A DNA stretch of 63,651 bases, counting the filler, from Lentisphaeria bacterium (GTDB taxonomy: Bacteria; Verrucomicrobiota; Lentisphaeria; JABSQK01; JAWLHB01), in the NCBI GenBank assembly GCA_041690595.1. It is 7 parts of 7 records of this genome, joined end to end, with 100 filler letters (N's around TTAATTAATTAA, not from the genome) between each part and the next. Parts side by side here need not be neighbours in the genome. Positions count along the whole stretch, not along the records: positions 61,078 to 63,651 come from JAWLHB010000098.1; 6 more parts are not named here. The stretch is one strand, 5' to 3'. The translations under genes and the position numbers were made by a program. Of this stretch, positions 61,115 to 63,651 are shown in pieces. The notes under the pieces are model-generated. The model worked only from the letters and a program-made list of their open reading frames with translations, was not told the origin of the DNA and searched no databases. Positions within the stretch are counted from its first letter, which is position 1; each line of letters opens with the position of its first letter.

Positions 61115-61513
61115 ATGATCTCATACGCCATTACCAAAACCATCTCGATTGACGCACCGCAGGACCGTGTCTTCGCGTTTCTCGCGGATGCCGCCAACTG
61201 GCCCACGTGGGCCATTGTCAATGTGAAGTCCGTCAAACCCGCGGATGGCCAGTGGTGGGATATGGAGACGCCGGCTGGTATGGCCAAACTGCGTATCCAT
61301 GCCAACGCAGAGTTCGGCATTCTGGATCATGACTTCAGCGCTCCTGACGCAAGCTGGACGGTTCCCGCGCGCCTGGTTCCCAACGGCAACGGCTGCGTGT
61401 TCATGATGACATTCTTTCAGCCACCATCATTCACAAAGCAGTTCTTTGAGGAGCAAGCCGCTCTTGTAGACAGGGAGCTTGACCAGTTGAAGTCGCTGAT
61501 GGAGTCGGCGTGA
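61115..61513 (+). CDS. SRPBCC/START-fold cassette protein
   Basis: ISIDAPQDRVFAFLADAANWPTW; GGAGG RBS; GTTAGGC core at 61079. Confidence 0.8.
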   Translation: MISYAITKTISIDAPQDRVFAFLADAANWPTWAIVNVKSVKPADGQWWDMETPAGMAKLRIHANAEFGILDHDFSAPDASWTVPARLVPNGNGCVFMMTFFQPPSFTKQFFEEQAALVDRELDQLKSLMESA

Positions 61514-61517
61514 AGCG

Positions 61518-61578
61518 GCCTAACAATTCACTCCAGGCGACGCCGCTTCGGCGGCGCGGCTGAGTTCAGGCGTTAGGC
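61518..61578 (+). mobile_element. Integron attC site
   Basis: GCCTAAC...ACTCCAG...CTGAGT...GTTAGGC, 61 bp. Confidence 0.92.
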
Positions 61579-61609
61579 GGACAGGCCAGCACCGTAGGCG
61601 GAGGATACA

Positions 61610-61990
61610 ATGAGGATAGAGTGCGCGGAAGATTGCGGAAACGCACCACGAAAGGCGCAATTGAAAGAGTTGATCATTTCTCTGGCCAAAAGTCCGATTG
61701 ACGCGGGCCAAGATCTGATGGCTGATGATATCGTCTGGGACATCGTTGGCAAACAGCGCATCGTAGGACCAGAGGGAGTTCTAGCGGCATTTGCGGTTTC
61801 TGCCGACGGGAAACCAGCTGCTCTAAGAATCCACAATATCATCACACACGGTAACACCGCAGCAGCCAACTATTCGATTACGATGGATGATGGAATTCAG
61901 ATCGAATATTGCGATGTGTATGTATTCAGGGGTTTTGGCAAGAATGGAAAGTTAAAGGAAGTCAGGTCATACCGTATTCAATTGACCTAG
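61610..61990 (+). CDS. SnoaL/NTF2-like cassette protein
   Basis: ADDIVWDIVG, IITHG, YCDVYVF; GGAGG RBS. Confidence 0.75.
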   Translation: MRIECAEDCGNAPRKAQLKELIISLAKSPIDAGQDLMADDIVWDIVGKQRIVGPEGVLAAFAVSADGKPAALRIHNIITHGNTAAANYSITMDDGIQIEYCDVYVFRGFGKNGKLKEVRSYRIQLT

Positions 61991-62009
61991 TAATCGCGTT
62001 GGAGTTTAT

Positions 62010-62112
62010 GTTGAACTATCGCGCTGAGAGCGCATCCGCGTATGGCGAAGGGCGGCCTGCTCGTTTTGATAACCCCCTGGTTCGCCGCCGCTTATACGCA
62101 AGGAGTTTAGGC
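62010..62112 (+). mobile_element. Degenerate attC-like site
   Basis: Imperfect hairpin ending CGCCGCTTATACGCAAGGAGTTTAGGC; left core unclear. Confidence 0.35.
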
Positions 62113-62191
62113 TGCGGTAGCTCTGCGACAGAACGAAAGAATTGACGGTGGCTGCTCGATGCAGCCCCTGAGGACAATATAAAGGTGCAGC

Positions 62192-62569
62192 ATGTCGACG
62201 ACCAAACCACGGACAGTCAGCGAGTACATTGAAGCCGCTCCTCAACAAGCCAGGAGTCACTTGCTCGAGATCCGATCGATTTTAAAGAACGTAGCTCCAC
62301 ATGCAACGGAGGCTCTGAAGTGGGGTAAGCCAGTCCTGGAGGAGGGGCGTATACTTTTCTCGTATGCGGCATACAAGGCACACCTCAACTTCATGCCGAC
62401 CGGCCCGGCGATCGAACCCTTCAGAGAAGAGCTCTGGGACTATAAGACTGGCAAAGATACGATTCAATTCCCCTACGATAAACCACTTCCAGCGGCGCTT
62501 ATCCGGAAGATCGCTGCGTATCGAGTCAGGCAGGTGACGGAGAATGACGCACGATGGATGTACCGATAG
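62192..62569 (+). CDS. DUF1801 (YdhG-like) protein
   Basis: TVSEYI, EALKWGKP, GKDTIQFPYDKPLP. Confidence 0.85.
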   Translation: MSTTKPRTVSEYIEAAPQQARSHLLEIRSILKNVAPHATEALKWGKPVLEEGRILFSYAAYKAHLNFMPTGPAIEPFREELWDYKTGKDTIQFPYDKPLPAALIRKIAAYRVRQVTENDARWMYR

Positions 62570-62722
62570 ACCTATCCATGCGAGACCGATCATGATAATG
62601 CCCTACCACAGCACCCCCTACGCAATCTACGGGAAAGGTTCACCCGTGCCATATTTCGAAGCGTGTTGCGCGCTTGCAAGAGAACGCAATTACAAGCAGA
62701 GGTGCGGGGCGGGAGTCGCGGC

Positions 62723-62800
62723 GCCTAACAAGGGGCTGCAGCGGACCGCGTTTCCGGCGCGGTGCGCCTCCAGATCGGCCGCTGAACCCAGGCGTTAGGC
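62723..62800 (+). mobile_element. Integron attC site
   Basis: GCCTAAC...CTGCAGCGG...CCGCTGAA...GTTAGGC, 78 bp. Confidence 0.9.
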
Positions 62801-62815
62801 GCGTTCACTACGGGT

Positions 62816-63256
62816 ATGCGTTCGAAAGAAGTCGCGATCGCACGGGTGGCCTTCGGGGAGATCCAGGCCGCGTTTCCAGAGCTGACCATGATTCTCGATC
62901 TCGAGCCGGAGCACGTGGATGTCGCGATGGAGATCCCGGCTCAGCCAGGGCTTAGCTTCCCTCTGCACCTCAACCTCCAGAATAGAGACGAGCTCCATCT
63001 CTCGGCGTCGGCCCTCTGGGTCGAATGGTTCCCCTGCACGGACCCCTCGAAGGTCAGCCAGTACGTTGAAGCGGTGAGCGGACTCATCTCGGGTAGATTC
63101 CGGATTCTCGAGCACAGGCGAGGCACTCGAACCATCAGGGCGGAACTCCAGCGACCAGGGGGAACGCAGTGGGAAACGCTCGCCACGTGGTCTACGTTTT
63201 CGCTCCCCTGGCCGGCGAAGACGGTTCACGTGGTGCGGAACGTGGCCGCGGCGTAA
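62816..63256 (+). CDS. Hypothetical cassette protein
   Basis: Fills the interval between two attC sites. Confidence 0.7.
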   Translation: MRSKEVAIARVAFGEIQAAFPELTMILDLEPEHVDVAMEIPAQPGLSFPLHLNLQNRDELHLSASALWVEWFPCTDPSKVSQYVEAVSGLISGRFRILEHRRGTRTIRAELQRPGGTQWETLATWSTFSLPWPAKTVHVVRNVAAA

Positions 63257-63281
63257 CCGGCGTCGCGCGCCCTCGTCCGGC

Positions 63282-63369
63282 GGCTGACAGGGCGTTGGAG
63301 CGGCCCGCCAGGATTCCGCTCGAAACCTCGGCGCCGCGCCCGGGGCCGCTCGAAGCCAGGACGTCAGGC
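63282..63369 (+). mobile_element. Non-canonical attC-like site (GAC/GTC cores)
   Basis: GGCTGAC...TTGGAGCGGCCC...GGGCCGCTCGAA...GTCAGGC. Confidence 0.65.
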
Positions 63370-63400
63370 GCGGCAGACCGAAGGAGCACGGACGATTCCC

Positions 63401-63651
63401 ATGGCCGACAACAAGACCGGACCCACCGACGCCAGCGTCGAGGACTACATCGCCTCGAGGGCGAACGAGCAGCAGCGTGCCGACTGCCAGGAGCTGATGG
63501 CCTTGCTCCAGAAGGTCACCCGGCAGCCGCCGACGATGTGGGGGCCCAGCATCGTCGGCTACGGCGTCTATCGGTACACCTACGAGAGCGGGCGCACCGG
63601 GGAGGCCCCGGTCGTGGGCTTTGCCATCCGCGGTTCGAAACTGGTCGTGTA
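63401..63651 (+). CDS. DUF1801 protein (3' truncated at window end)
   Basis: MADNKTGPTDASVEDYI...MWGPSIVGYG.Y.Y.YESG; AAGGAG RBS. Confidence 0.85.
   Translation, partial: MADNKTGPTDASVEDYIASRANEQQRADCQELMALLQKVTRQPPTMWGPSIVGYGVYRYTYESGRTGEAPVVGFAIRGSKLVV

Noticed and set aside
62570..62728. Extra cassette gene before the attC
   Set aside because: A frame ends at the attC TAA but has no start codon or RBS; at most a remnant

Overview
The window is not one locus. It holds seven assembly contigs joined by 100-bp N/TTAATTAATTAA spacers: 1-12992, 13093-23477, 23578-33598, 33699-43396, 43497-52758, 52859-60977 and 61078-63651. The complete contigs are length-sorted and probably come from several taxa, so adjacency across spacers means nothing. 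Contig 1: Zn-ribbon/pseudokinase/WD40 protein, lipid A acyltransferase, PPIase-like protein, cNMP/C39 peptidase ABC transporter, sigma54 activator and a Ser/Thr kinase. Contig 2: FAD oxidoreductase, sulfatase, legionaminic-acid-type genes with an O-antigen ligase/OTase, and REP-like repeats. Contig 3: an integrase-less integron array between tesA and murJ-ribF, whose second cassette (about 6.4 kb) carries an OLD-family nuclease plus a Type III R-M system. Contig 4: an integron with a truncated intI. Its first cassette (about 4.7 kb) is Gabija (gajA, gajB) plus an Mrr-like endonuclease, and the next holds Type I hsdM-hsdS with hsdS cut by an IS5-like end. Beside it are toxin-antitoxin genes separated by unexplained GGGGACAG/CTGTCCCC inverted-repeat elements. 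Contig 5: a divergent B12-dependent diol-dehydratase-like enzyme with an ABC importer and LuxR regulator. Contig 6: repeat arrays, an SP-lyase-like radical SAM enzyme, sodC, orphan immunity genes and PadR. Contig 7: an attC cassette array that includes a non-canonical GAC/GTC attC. The most notable items are the two giant multi-gene anti-phage cassettes, the IR-delimited TA units and the altered-active-site B12 lyase. All family calls come from motif recognition by eye; no searches were run.
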